Shown here: one piece after another, positions 1-11,869 of the stretch
How the letters are laid out: the number at the start of each line of letters is the position of its first letter
Numbering within the stretch: the first letter of the stretch is position 1
NCBI GenBank assembly: GCA_024679065.1
Contig: JAGIQG010000010.1
Span: forward strand, 58,094,001-58,158,000
Direction: 5' to 3'
DNA length: 64,000 bases
Source: Sphyrna mokarran
Taxonomy: Eukaryota
Position numbers and translations under genes: made by a program
Notes under the pieces: generated by a model
Seen by the model: only the letters and a program-made list of their open reading frames with translations
What the model was told of the DNA's origin: nothing
Databases searched by the model: none

Positions 1-35
1 GTTAATGTAAGCCTATTTGTGACATAAATAAATTC
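1..35 (+). mobile_element. 3' tail of V-SINE (Rex-like tail variant), cut by window edge
   Basis: gttaatgtaagcctatttgtgaca..taaataaa matches the tail at 36892-36926. Confidence 0.75.
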
Positions 36-144
36 TGTGTTAGCACTTGGTATTTTCACCATTCTGACAAGGCATATAGATCAACTAATGCCAATGTGCT
101 CGTGAAAATGATCATACTTTTCAAGGCATGCAATAAGCATTTTA

Positions 145-462
145 GGGCGGCAAGGTGGCATAGTGGTTAGCACTGCTGCCTTACAGTGCCAGGGACCCAG
201 ATTCAATTCTGGCCTCGGGTGACTGTGGAGTTGCCCATTCTCCCCATGTCAGTGTGGATTTCCACCAGGTATTCCGGTTTTCTCCCACAGTCCAAAGATG
301 TATGGGTTAGGTTGACTGCCCCTAACCCATGCTAAATTGCCCCTTAGTGTCAGAGAGATTAACAGGATGGATGAGTGGGTTATGGGGATAGGGCTTGGTG
401 GGATTGTTTTCAGTGCAGGCTGAATAGCCTCCTTCTGCACTATAGAGATTCTGTGATTTTAT
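145..462 (+). mobile_element. HE1-like tRNA-derived V-SINE with CR1-type tail
   Basis: tRNA-like head (ggtggcatagtggttagcactgctgcc; degenerate B-box gattcaattc), V-domain (ccggttttctcccacagtccaaagatg), tail gcctccttctgcactatagagattctgtgatt. Confidence 0.9.
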
Positions 463-1155
463 GTAAAATATTCTTGTTCTTGATTCAGTTGAAGAACTTC
501 CTCTGCTGAGAAATGGATCCCTTGCTGTGTAATTTGCCTCATTTATAATTGACCATTTTGGCAACACTGGAACTGTTAAACTAGTGCAAAATTGGTACAT
601 GAATAATCCATACCATTTCATTCATTAATGTCAGGAAAGCTATGCCCAAACCAGCAATAGTAAAAATGTTTTGCTGGATATAAGAAATGCTGACTTGGCA
701 TGTCACATTAGATGAAGAATGAAGTCAGTTGATTGTATGTACCTTATGGAATTTCTCCTGCTGTTTAAAAAATTTCAGGGAAAATTTCCTGATTTTTTTT
801 GGACAATAAGATTAAGTATGAGAACAAGACTGAGATAAGGTGCAATGTCTTTTCCTGTTAGCTTGGATCTTGTATGTCTGAATGCGGGAACCATGAATTG
901 GATTTAATTTGAAGAGGATTTTGGAGTTGCAAGAAGATCAATTCAGGCTCACCCTATCTTAAGTTTAAGAATGGAGTAAAATGTTTCAAAAACCTGGGAA
1001 ATATTGGTGTCATGACAGTTGGTCTATGGTTGAGACAAATTCAATCGCCATATAAATTGGAAGTCCTGTTGAAAAGGTGCTCGCAGAAACGTATCGAACT
1101 ACAAGGCAAAAATGAAGCTCAATTGAAGAGGGGTGAAGCTCAATTGAAAGCTCAA

Positions 1156-2010
1156 GTGAAGAGGGGTGTTATAGTTTGCAGAGAGACTTGGACAAGTTGC
1201 AGAGCTGGGCCGAGAGGTGGCAAATGGGGTTTAATGCGGAAAAGTGTGAGGTAATTCACTTTGGCAGGAATAACAAATGTGTAGAGTATAGGACTAATGG
1301 TAGAACTCTTAATAGTGTTGATGAACAGAGGGATCTTGGTGTATATGTGCATAGATCCCTGAAAGTTGGCAATCAAGTCGATAAGGTTGTGAAGAAGGCA
1401 TACGGAGTCTTAGCTTTTATTGGTAGGGGGATTGAATTTCGGAGCCGCAACGTCATTTTGCAACTGTACAAAACTCTAGTGCGGCCGCACTTGGAGTATT
1501 GTGTGCAGTTCTGGTCCCCACATTATAAGAAAGATGTGGAAGCATTGGAGAGGGTACAGAGGAGGTTTACCAGGATGTTGCCTGGTATGTAGGGCAGGTC
1601 TTATGAAGAGAGGCTGAGGGATTTGAGGTTGTTTTCGTTAGAAAGAAGGCGGCTAAGAGGAGACCTTATTGAAACATATAAGATGATTAGAGGTTTAGAT
1701 AGGGTGGACAGTGATAGCCTTTTCCTAGGATGGAGAAAGCTAGCACGAGGGGACATAGCTTTAAATTAAGGGGTGGTAGTTATAGGACGGATGTCAGAGT
1801 AGGTTCTTTACCCAGAGGGTGGTAAGGGTATGGAATGCCCTGCCTGCTGCAGTTGTAGATGCGCCAAGTTTGGCAGCGTTTAAGAGGTTAGTGGATAAGT
1901 TTATGGATGAAGAGGGAATGGTTTAGGTTAGAGGGTCATTGCTTTTTCTTAATTGGTCGGCGCAACATCGAAGGCTGAAGGGCCTGTTCTGCGCTGTAAT
2001 GTTCTATGTT
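1156..2010 (+). mobile_element. CR1/HER1 LINE, 5'-truncated, relatively young (ORF2 C-terminus + 3' UTR)
   Basis: ORF 1176-1592 LQRDLDKLQSWAERWQMGFNAEKCEVIHFG...LVRPHLEYCVQFWSPHYKKD; frame continues past one TAG as GRSYEERLRDLRLFSLERRRLRGDLIETYK; tail gggcctgttctgcgctgtaatgttctatgtt. Confidence 0.95.
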
Positions 2011-2844
2011 CAATGCGTGAAAAGTGAAATATGGGTAATCAAATGTCGGAAGACAGATTTAAAACAGAATGTGTTGACCTATGCTTAAAATGCTTCATAC
2101 CAAAAGCTCACACCAAAGTCATTTGCAAATAATTGCTCTTTGTGATGCATTGAAAGAGGACAAAATTGACCATGGTGGTGTAGGAGCTGCTCCAGTGAAT
2201 CTCCCAACATTCACTTTACATATGGAAATGTTACCATGACAAGTGTCTTGATGACATGATGAAAAGCATGTTTCAAGCAGCAGCATTTAAATTAAATTTG
2301 GCATCAGTCAGAATGTTGATCTATATTGTGCCACACCTGATAGAGCTGGGATCGCCAACCAGATTGGTGACAGCTTCCTATGGGTCCATGGGAAGTCTTC
2401 ATGGTATTTATCAAAAACCTTCTTCCCAGAACAAAACCTTCTTAAAAAATCCCTTTCTCTGAGCGAGACTGATTAATGTTAATTGTATATTAATTGTGTT
2501 TAATTGTGGGAATCAGTTGCAGATTCAATTGAATCCCTATAAATAGACACAGTCTCAAACGATAGTTGTTGAGGGGATGTGGGGTGGTGAGGGTGAGGAG
2601 GGTGGGGAAGACAGGGGAGGGTGGGCAGATGTGCATAAAAGATATGTGTATGCTTGCATTGTGTCATTTTAAACTGTAAGTATGCAATGATTGGCTACAG
2701 TTTTGTCCTTTATCAATTATTTGCTGAAATATAATTGTCAGTTTATTATTAAGATTAAGATCCCAAGACTGATAATATCATTTTCTACCTGCCTCCAAAA
2801 AAAGAGAATATAATTTGGTGAACTGCTTGTGAGGCATGGGCTGA

Positions 2845-3065
2845 TGTAATGTTGCCACCACTACTGATTTTAGAAGTGAGAAGACCCCCGCATCCTCACC
2901 CAACCTCTCGCTTCACCCAGATACACAAATGGAAATTGGCAGTGGGTGTTTTGCCGGCAGACTATGCAGCACACTTTCTCCTGCTGCCATGTTTAAATCT
3001 GGTAAGAGGCAGAATGAATCACAAGAGATTGATGCCCATTTTGTGGCTGAGTGGGCAGAGGTGGA
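2845..3065. mobile_element. Degenerate MITE-like element
   Basis: GC-richer island resembling other short non-autonomous elements in the window; ends not resolved. Confidence 0.35.
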
Positions 3066-3252
3066 ATTAGAGCGTGTTGATCATTGTTCAGCTGACTTTC
3101 ACTTTTTCCTCTTTATTTTGCTCATCTGGCATTTACAGTCCCAGGTACAGCAGGGAATGGCTGAATAAACTAACTGTCCTGAATCCTAGCCCCAGAGGCA
3201 TTTGGGCAAGCTGTGGGTGATCTTGAAAGTTCACTTTTTTTAATATTGAGAA

Positions 3253-3392
3253 TTTCTATAGTGCAGAAGGAGGCCATTTGGCCCATTGAGCCTACATCAA
3301 CAATAACCCCATGTATTTAACCTGCTCATTCCCCTGATACTACAGAGCAATTTAGCATAGCTAGTCAACATAAATTGCTCACCTTTGGACTG
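3253..3392 (-). mobile_element. HE1-like SINE 3' fragment
   Basis: tagtgcagaaggaggccatttggcccattgag...gcaatttagcatag...ctttggact is the reverse complement of the SINE 3' half. Confidence 0.8.
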
Positions 3393-3494
3393 GTATCTAT
3401 CATATTTGACAATCTATCTGATTTTCCATTGTGGGATTTTGCTATGCACTGTTTTGTTTCCACACGAGAGGAGCCATTCTTTTACAAAAATAGT

Positions 3495-4225
3495 TGTGTA
3501 ACAGGAGGTTTGCGGAATTTTTTAACTTGGAAGAAAGGCCTCAGAAGCAGAAGGGTTGAGAAGCCTTTGTTCATGGAATTGGGAGCATGTGGCCGATGTT
3601 CAGTCTGAGACCTGTGCCTCAAAGTCTTTAACTGAAATTTATTATGCTTAGATTGAAAAATCTATTAGCTGTTGCCTTTGGAGGAATTCAAGCAGCGTGT
3701 CCTGGGAAAGAAAATTACTGTGAAAAGCGATCATAATCTGCTTGGAGGCATTTCGGAAAGAAATCTAATTAGGGCACTCAAGGCTCCAGTAAATGATGAT
3801 CTGTCTTCAAAAATGCCTATTTGATGTTGGGTACAAGACAGGTGGGATGTTTCTTGCTGAGCAGACTGTCTCTACCTTAACACAAGAAAAGTTGATCACC
3901 AAAAAGTCGTTAACTGACATATATTTGGAAAAAGAGTAAAAGCACCGTTATGCTGCAGTAATTCTTCCTGTCAAAGGCCGGGGTGACTAAGATGTAGCAG
4001 ATTAGGCACTAGATAAAGAATGACAATTAGCAAAGAATTCATTGATATTCAGGATGAGTTAAGTCTTTTTTTATATATATGTCACAGTTGTTTTCAATGA
4101 TTTGGAGGAATCATTTATTACTGAGCGATATAATGGTCTCTCGAGACTTAAAGCACAATTTTAACTCTGATTTCTTGCGAGTGTGGATAGAGCTTTAAAA
4201 ATAGTGGTCTGGTGCTATCCACTAT
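3495..4225 (+). mobile_element. Possible solo LTR
   Basis: Starts tgtaac; composition and 3' end resemble 53626-55263; no TSD or terminal CA confirmed. Confidence 0.3.
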
Positions 4226-4904
4226 GTAAGGGATTTTAGAAATATTTCAATAATACAGACAAGTGGAGTTTTTGAGGTTGAAGGTTAGACTTGAATGACA
4301 AAGCAAGCTCAAGGAACTGAATGGCCGTTTCCTGTTTCTGTTTCTTAAATTTTTATGCAGTTGAAGTTTTTGCATCTGTCACCTTGTAAATCCACTGATT
4401 TGGGCTCTAGGGAGAAGGGGAAATTCTCCCAGGTTGCCTCCAATGGATTTGATGGAAGGCAAGGGCAGTGAATCACGCAGAAGCCAAGAAGTCAGAAACT
4501 CAAAGATGTAAAATTACGTCCCAATTCTCCCGTTGGCAAGTTAATTGTGGGTCAATCATCGTGCTGGTGGGTGGTGCAAATGCCATTTACATTTATCGAT
4601 GCCAATTGGGGGCACCCTCTCATAGATGGATACACTCCCTTTACCTGCTCCTTCAGGTAGTATTCCAAATGCATGGCAGATCACTATTTTATTTTAAAAG
4701 GAATAACATGAGTTGACATACTCAATTATGTCACCAGCTTGCTAAGGTATAGAATTAGCTGTCAACGTAATGCAATCTGTTCAAAATTGCAATCACTCTT
4801 AGAATGGATCAGAAATCCTAAAGTATCTTATGAAGCTCAACTGGACCCCAATAGCTTTTCTGTTTTGGCATTAGGATGACGATAAGGTGTTTCATTCCAA
4901 GTAT

Positions 4905-5400
4905 GATTGTATTGACACACTAGCAAGATTTTATCAAAACAAACTTTATTTAATCCTCTAATTTAATTATAAACAAATGAATTAATTTAACTTTTACCAG
5001 TTGAAATATTTAAATAGGATAAGGTACATTTCTTAACTGCTAACCTATCTCCATTGATTCCAATTCAAACAATATTCCTCTTGTAGACATTAACTCCTCT
5101 TCAAAATCAGTTAGCAATACACAGCTTTATTTGCTGGTATTAGCACTGCCAGCCCCAGAACCTTTGGAACGCTTCTAGAGAGAGAGAGTCAGAGGAAGAG
5201 AGATCTATTTCTTCTCGCAGATCCCAAACAGCAGCATCTAGAGAGAAAGAGAGACTTCTTGCTTCTTTCAATATTCAAGAATGTTGAATATACTACTGAA
5301 TATTCAGCAGTAACTGTCTGCTCTTCACTTTAAGCTAATCAAAACCATACTCTGAAACCCCAGGGGAAAAACCAAACAACAAAAATATATTCACTGCAAG
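4905..5400 (-). mobile_element. Possible solo LTR fragment
   Basis: tgt start, minus-strand AATAAA (tttatt) and internal GA repeats; no TSD confirmed. Confidence 0.3.
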
Positions 5401-5429
5401 GCCCAAAAATCAGTTTTTTGCCAGCATGA

Positions 5430-5650
5430 ATTACTCATGGGATCTCAGGATCTTCTGCTGGTGTCCACCGTGGTGTACCAGGAAATCCACTGGTCACCAA
5501 CATTAAACTGATTTGTATCTTAACAGGGTGCAGATGAAGGCCTGACCAGAATCTTCCCAATCCCCACGATCGGGTCTCTGCAACACCAGCAGGGAATATG
5601 CGTGCTGACCCAGAACACATCTGGAACAGTAGCATGCAGAAATCAGACAT
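5430..5650. mobile_element. MITE-like fragment
   Basis: Resembles the element class at 48660-49235 and 57555-58275. Confidence 0.4.
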
Positions 5651-7074
5651 ACCTAGGACTGCCTTCAGAGTTCTGCATGGAGACCACCAAGGGACCCTTG
5701 ATGATGGAACAAAGGAGCAGTGGAAGGGGGCAGGAGGGAGGCACGGGATCAGTATCTATCAGATGGTTCTTCTAGATTTAGTGAAATCAAAGGGGTCCAC
5801 CTTCTTTCTTCAACAGTGGGTGGTGATGTTGGGTGTTGTTTGAATATAGTACCCAGATATGCCAGGATGTGTGCAATCAAGCCTTTTCTGCCACTGAATA
5901 TAGCACTTGACCCTCAGTGAATAATGAATGAAGTCGGACTGGAAGATACAGTTTCCCTGGTCCTCTGCAGTAGGAAACTCTTCCTTTCCATTCCAGATGT
6001 GAGAATTCCTCGCAATAGCTGGATTTTCTCGTCCTCCCTGCCAGTGGAATATGGGATGTTTCGGTCTTGTTGAAGGTGGCCCTCCTCAACAGGTTCCCTG
6101 AAAGCAGGCTAGATGAGACATGGAAAATACTGTAGCACTACCTCCATCTCCAGAAAACACTCTGCTGCAGGGGGTGGCTGGATGGATGCTGGTGCAGGTA
6201 AATCCAGTTCATGGCATTGTTTTATGGAAAGACCTAAGAATCTGATTGCACATTCTGAACAGAAATAATGATGGCCGGGCATAAAGCAATAAAACAAACC
6301 ACAGCAGAGCACGCCCAAAAAGGAAATCCTGAACAGAAATCAAGAAATAGTGAAACCATTCCAGCAGTATCAACTAGTGATGGAAAGAAGCTCCCAGTAA
6401 TAGTACCGTTAAGAGGCTTGATATTATAACAAGGAGTGAATTGTGAATGGACGAAGAGTTTGGATTACTAATGCTGGAATTGATTGACTTTACAGTTTCT
6501 CTGGACTTTATAATTGTTGTTGATGAAGTCTTGTTTATCCAAAGGCTTATTTTCCTTTGAGGAAAGAGCTGTATTGATATTGCTATCATTTTATATTCAT
6601 AGTCAAACGCAGGAAGTTCCCTGACTGATCTCCCCGACCTGAAAGTGTTGTATGGTTGACAGCTACATGTAGTGACTTGAAGGGGCTGAATATTAAGCAG
6701 CTCTGAGTCTTTTCTTGTTGTTGCTGACTGACCTTAACAACAAATACTACACTATTGGAGAGACAGACATGTTGTAAGAACAGGGCTCCATGATGTTCAA
6801 TTTTCATTTTACACATGTCAGCAAAACAAACGGTAAAATCATCACCCAGAAAAGCAAATACAAAGTAATTCAGCACTGGATAATGCAAACTCGTTTGCAA
6901 AGTGAGGAGCTAGTTGAAGATAAGTATCTTGCCTTATAATTCACAAAAATTAATATCGAGAATTTGGCATCTTAGATGAAAAACAGAACAAGTAATAAAT
7001 AATAAGTCAACTCGTGAATGCACAATGATGTGGAAATATATTTTTTGTCAGTATGTCATCATTTCAGTTAACAT

Positions 7075-7500
7075 GTGGGGCAATTTTCCCATCCTGCTGC
7101 TTTTTTAGTGCAGTAGGCCAGGAGACCCTAGCAAGGCCTGTTTCGTGGGCTTCTCGCTGGGCAGCCACGCCTCCGCACATCTCCCAGTGCTGGATTTCTG
7201 GCACAGAACTGAATAAATTCCTTAATTGCTCATTTCCATGTCCTCTAAATGTAATTAGCAGGCACGGGATTGAAGTCTGTAGACCCGCTAGCCTCCACGA
7301 TCCCTCCTCTCTCTCTCCCCCCATCCACTTCCCCCCACCAGTAGTATTTCACTCCAGCAGGGATTACTATAGCTCCCCACTTGCAGACAGCTGGCAACCT
7401 GACCCCAATGAAGTAAAGGGGGACAATTGAAGTCCCCCAGAGGGATGGGGGTGCCTCCTGGGCATTTGTTGTGCCGGTCTGGGCTCCCTACGCTAGAGAG
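7075..7500. mobile_element. Harbinger-type MITE fragment
   Basis: Begins ggggcaattttccc, similar to the terminal motif GGSYRGAWTTTTCC shared by MITEs in this window. Confidence 0.45.
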
Positions 7501-7521
7501 GTGTATTGACATTGTATTATT

Positions 7522-7875
7522 AATGGGGACGCGTTGGCTTAGTGGTACTATCACTGGACTATTAATCCAGAAACTCAGCTAATGTTTTGAGGATTGGGGT
7601 TCGAATCCCGCCACAGTAGATGGTGGAATTTGAATTCAATTAAGTAAAAAAAATCTGGAATTAAGAATCTACTGATGACCAATAGACCATTGTTGATCGT
7701 CAGAAAAACCCATCTGGTTACTCATATCCTTTAGGAAAGGAAATCTACTGTCCTTACCTGGTCTGGCCTACATGTGACTCTAGTGCCACAGCAATGTGGT
7801 TGACTCTCAACTAGAGATGGGCAACAGTTGCTGGCCAGCCAACAACACCCATGTCCCACGCATAAATTAAAAAAG
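7522..7875 (+). mobile_element. tRNA-derived SINE (non-HE1 family) with LINE-derived tail
   Basis: A-box tggcttagtgg, B-box ggttcgaatccc, body aaacccatctggtt...ccttacctggtctggcctacatgtgactc, tail gctggccagccaacaacacccatgtcccacgcataaattaaaaaa. Confidence 0.85.
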
Positions 7876-7879
7876 ATCA

Positions 7880-8090
7880 CATTGCTGAAAGGGTACTTAG
7901 TTTTTGAATATGAGAGGTAATACTCCCTCTCTGGCCTTTTTCTCTTCTTTTCTCTGTAATCTCCTCCAGCTCTACAATCTTCTGAGATAGCCACCTTCTT
8001 CTACTTCTCGTCTGTTGATCATCTCCAATTTTAATTGTCCCACCATTAGTGGTCACACCCTCATTTTAACTAGGACCTAGGCTCTGGCAT
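7880..8090 (+). mobile_element. L2-like LINE 3' relic
   Basis: tctctgtaatctcctccagctctacaa...ccaccattagtggtcac...ctaggctctgg resembles the L2 ORF2 end. Confidence 0.5.
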
Positions 8091-8104
8091 TATACTTGCA
8101 TTAG

Positions 8105-8800
8105 CCATGTCATGTCAATCATTGGTCTTCCAGTTCTGAAGCCACACTGGTGTTTGGGATAGATGGGTTCAGCAGGATCTGCAGACTGTCAAAGGCAATA
8201 CAAGCAAACACATTTGCAGGGAAATACCTTAAAAGTGTTGCAATAATTGCAATCACCCTACAATCACTAAGATCTCCCTTATTCTTGTACAGGGTTACAA
8301 TCTTTGCATCGCACACATTCTGAGGGAGTGCCCTCTCCCTGCAGCAGAGACAGGAAAGATGTGCAGTTATTGCAGGAATATTAGATGAGTTCAGGCAATA
8401 TAGCACCAGCATGAGCAGCTTTGCCCAAGGCAAATGGCTCAGTAGATTTGCTAAGTCCCAGTACTAGATTTGATACTCAGTTTGGCCATGACAGATGGTG
8501 TCCAGAGCTTCCTCAGTGACAGTGCTCTCTTACAACTCAGAAATGCTTTTTATCCATCTCTCCAACTGTTTATTGCAGTTGGTGATGAGTTCCTCAACTT
8601 TGTTTTCAGTAGAAGTGTTCATTTTGCTGAAAGACCTGTTGCCTTTGGGCGACATTACAATGTTGAGCTCAATTTCTTACCATTGCAGCAGCAATGATTA
8701 TACACAGTTATTAAAGAGTTTTGTGGGTCAGTTGGACAAAGTACAAAATGTATCAGATTTCACGTGTTCTTAATTGAATCTATTGAGATTGCTCTGGATA
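8105..8800 (-). mobile_element. RTE-clade LINE relic (RT N-terminal region)
   Basis: ORF 8119-8433 LPQNVCDAKIVTLYKNKGDLSDC resembles RTE motif PQD.RDA.I.TLYKNKGDRSDC; degenerate PESQCGFR-like segment follows. Confidence 0.85.
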
Positions 8801-10129
8801 ACTGCAAAACCCTTTAGGTAAGACTGAGAAAAAAACGGCTGTTAAAATGGATCAGCTGTCCCATTTATCAATTCAAATGTTGCCTCAAGTTTCCTCAAAT
8901 AATTAATATTGAGAGTAATTGATACCCTGCAGTGATCAAAAGGCAGTATCTCATTGAATGGATCAGATAATGTCATAAATCATAACACTGTTTGTGTGTA
9001 TGATAGCTACCTCATGAACCAGTTATGAGATTATCAAAATCACGCCATGTATCTGCTATTTTTATAATATACATTTTGCAGTGAGCTGGGATAATCTTAT
9101 TTTGTTTTCAATGTGTTTCTTTCTGATAGTGGGTATAATGGAAGGCCTCAACTGACAAGACATTTCATGTAATGCATATAGAATACATATGGCAAAATTA
9201 GTAATAAATGTAAACACTGCAAGCTTATCTTATGATCATCTGCATTTAGTTTCCAGCCAGTGAGAAATCATGCAGTACACTATAAAAAGAATGTAAAAAA
9301 CATATTAATCCTTTTTGAATGAAATACCTGTACAAATTTTGAGATTTGAACACAATTATAACATTCTTGCATTTCCAAAGCCTACCTTTAAGATACGTTG
9401 TTACACACGCGCCTATCTTTTGATCATGTATCATACCCAGTTATCGTGGAAGTCCCAGCTGTTTCCATTTACACAGTAAGACAATTAATTAAGGTGAGGC
9501 TGATCAGATTAAACTGCTCGTGAGGAGTGTCAGGTTGCAACTGGGGCTTTTAGGGCTTGTAGTTGCTTGGGAGGCTTACAGGCCAGATCTCAGGGGACTA
9601 ACTGTCAAGCATTCGAGATGCAGCAGCTGGCCAGAATAAAGTTAAAGCTAACAATTGTGTGCTGACTAGCCAAGCAAGTAAGCACTAACACCATCACCAC
9701 CTCTCCTGCCACCCCCCCAGCTACTTCCACCCCCAACTACGCTCCCTCTCTTACTGTTTTGTAGAACGCTGTTCCCAAAGGCTCATTCGTTGCTTGATGG
9801 ACCACTTAGCTTATAATTCCATTAAAAAAAGTAATTCTGGTGAATTAAGATTAGATGGAACCTTTATAATTTAAATTCTTTGAACCGCACTATAATATTT
9901 CTATGTTAAATGTTTTTAAACAGTAATTTGTGATGTTTTTCTAAACGAAGATTAAATCATGTCTGATGCTTTGCTTGATGTGCAGAACTCTGGTGAGTAT
10001 CCACAGAATAAAGCTGAAAGTTGCTTTGAATATTGTCATATTTCATTGAGTGACTTTTGATTGGCTCAGTTATAGGAGTAGTAATGACATATGGCTGCTT
10101 TGTGTTTGTCCTCAGATCTCGGAAGGCAG

Positions 10130-11025
10130 AAAGACATGCTGTCGTAGGATGGTGAAAAAAGCATGTGAGACACTTGCCTTTATCAATCTTGGCATAGGTT
10201 ACAAAAGCAAGGAAGTCATGTTGGAGTTGTATTGAACTTTGGTGAGGGCAAGCTAGAGTATGTATGCAATTCTGATCACCACACATAGAGGAAAGTGATT
10301 GCACTGGAGGGGGTGTAGAGGACATTCACCAGATTGCTGCCTTGGATGGAACATTTAAGTTATAAGGAGAGGTTGGGTAGGCTTGGTTGTTTTCATTGGA
10401 GCAGAAAAGTCTGAGAGAGCGATCTATATGAGGTGTTCAAGATTATAGTGGATGAGGAGCAGCTATTCTCTTGAGTTGAAGGGCCAGTTACAAGGGAACG
10501 TACATTCAAGGTAGAGGCAGGAAGTCGAGGAGAATGTAAGGAAAATCTTTATTATGCAGAGTGTGGTGATGATCTGGAATGTGCTGCCTGGGAGCTTGGT
10601 AAAGGTGGGTTGCCGCATATTTAAAACGTATCTGGATGAGCACCTGACACATCATAACATTCAAGGCAAAGAAGAAAACACTGGAAAATCTCAGCAGGTC
10701 TGATGGCATCTATGGGGAGAGAATAGAGTCAATGTTTCTAATCTAGATGACCCATTGTCAGAGCTCTGACAAAGGGTCATCTAGATTCGAAATGGTAGTG
10801 CTATTCTCTCTCCACAGATGCTATCAAACCTATTGAGATTTTCCAGCATTTTCTATTTTCGTTTCAGATTCCAGCATCTGCAGTAATTTGCTTTTATTAT
10901 AACATTCAAGGCTATGGACCAAGTGCTGGTAAATGGGATTAAGTGGGAGGTCAGGTATTTCTCACATATTGGTATGGACTTGATGGGTGGAAGGATCTTT
11001 TCTGCGCTGTATGTTCTATGATTCA
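10130..11025 (+). mobile_element. CR1 LINE 3' fragment, interrupted by a palindromic insertion
   Basis: VKKACETLAFINLGIGYKSKEVMLELY; tail ggaaggatcttttctgcgctgtatgttctatgatt. Confidence 0.9.
10668..10898. mobile_element. Palindromic Penelope-like (PLE) terminal-repeat insertion with 14-bp TSD
   Basis: Direct repeat ataacattcaaggc at 10654-10667 and 10899-10912; ~95-bp inverted arms centred on gagctc (10761-10766); decayed CTGANGA...GAAA core. Confidence 0.8.
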
Positions 11026-11648
11026 GTCTCCCCTCTTTTTTCCCTCACCCTTACTTTAATTGCGTGGGAGGATGGATCAATGTCTCTGTACAGTGATAGA
11101 GATCATCTTCAGTTACTTATGAAAACAACAAAGGTTGCTGACAGGAATTGGACCCCATTCATTGCCAAACCTAGTACTTGGAGGGATCAGAATTAAGTGT
11201 ATTAATTCATCAAAACTCTACACTGAATAGGGGACTTAGATATTGATGTCTCAGTACGGCAAACTCAAATGTTAATGACCAATGCAAGTCTGTCAATGCT
11301 GTTTCAACATTCTCGTATATGAAAATAAAGGTCACAAGAAAGGAGCAATTTGTTTTTAAGTGAAATTTGTGTTTTCAACATGAATTGACCCGTTGGATTA
11401 CATGGTCTGTGACTAAAGAAGCACATATTTATCCAGTGTTGAGAGCTCCGATCTCAGGTAGTAATGCCTATTTGACTATAGACAGTAACAATTTTGGAAA
11501 GTTGGGTCAGCTGGGAACATGTTTAATTTATCCATTGGAAGAGGGTTCACCTATTAGATACATGCCTGGGAGTTTCATAGGAGTCCTCTTTTGGGATGAC
11601 TATACCTCACTCATCCCCACACCAACACTTGCACAATGATTATAAAGG

Positions 11649-11791
11649 ACTGTTTGTGCTTTTGCCTTCTGGAGTTAAAGCAGGAGATCAGCAAATTTTC
11701 CCCACATTTTCTCGTAGACTGTCAATGAGAAAATGTGGGGAAAATTTGCTGATCTCCTGCTTTAACTCCAGAAAGCAAAAGCACAAACAGT
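11649..11791. repeat. 143-bp near-perfect palindrome
   Basis: 65-bp arms 11649-11713 and 11727-11791 with one mismatch; the 13-nt centre is itself partly self-complementary. Confidence 0.95.
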
Positions 11792-11869
11792 TTGAATAGT
11801 TTTTCTGGCCAGGATTGTTGATTCTGGGTCAGCCACTGGTTCCTTTCCAGGTTCCAATCCTACACAGCA

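Noticed and set aside
145-215. tRNA genes at tRNA-like heads (also 7530, 36639, 59833, 61368)
   Set aside because: A/B boxes run directly into SINE bodies and tails; no complete cloverleaf.
6868-6888. REST/NRSE-like ttcagcactggataatg
   Set aside because: Wrong spacing and a poor right half-site.
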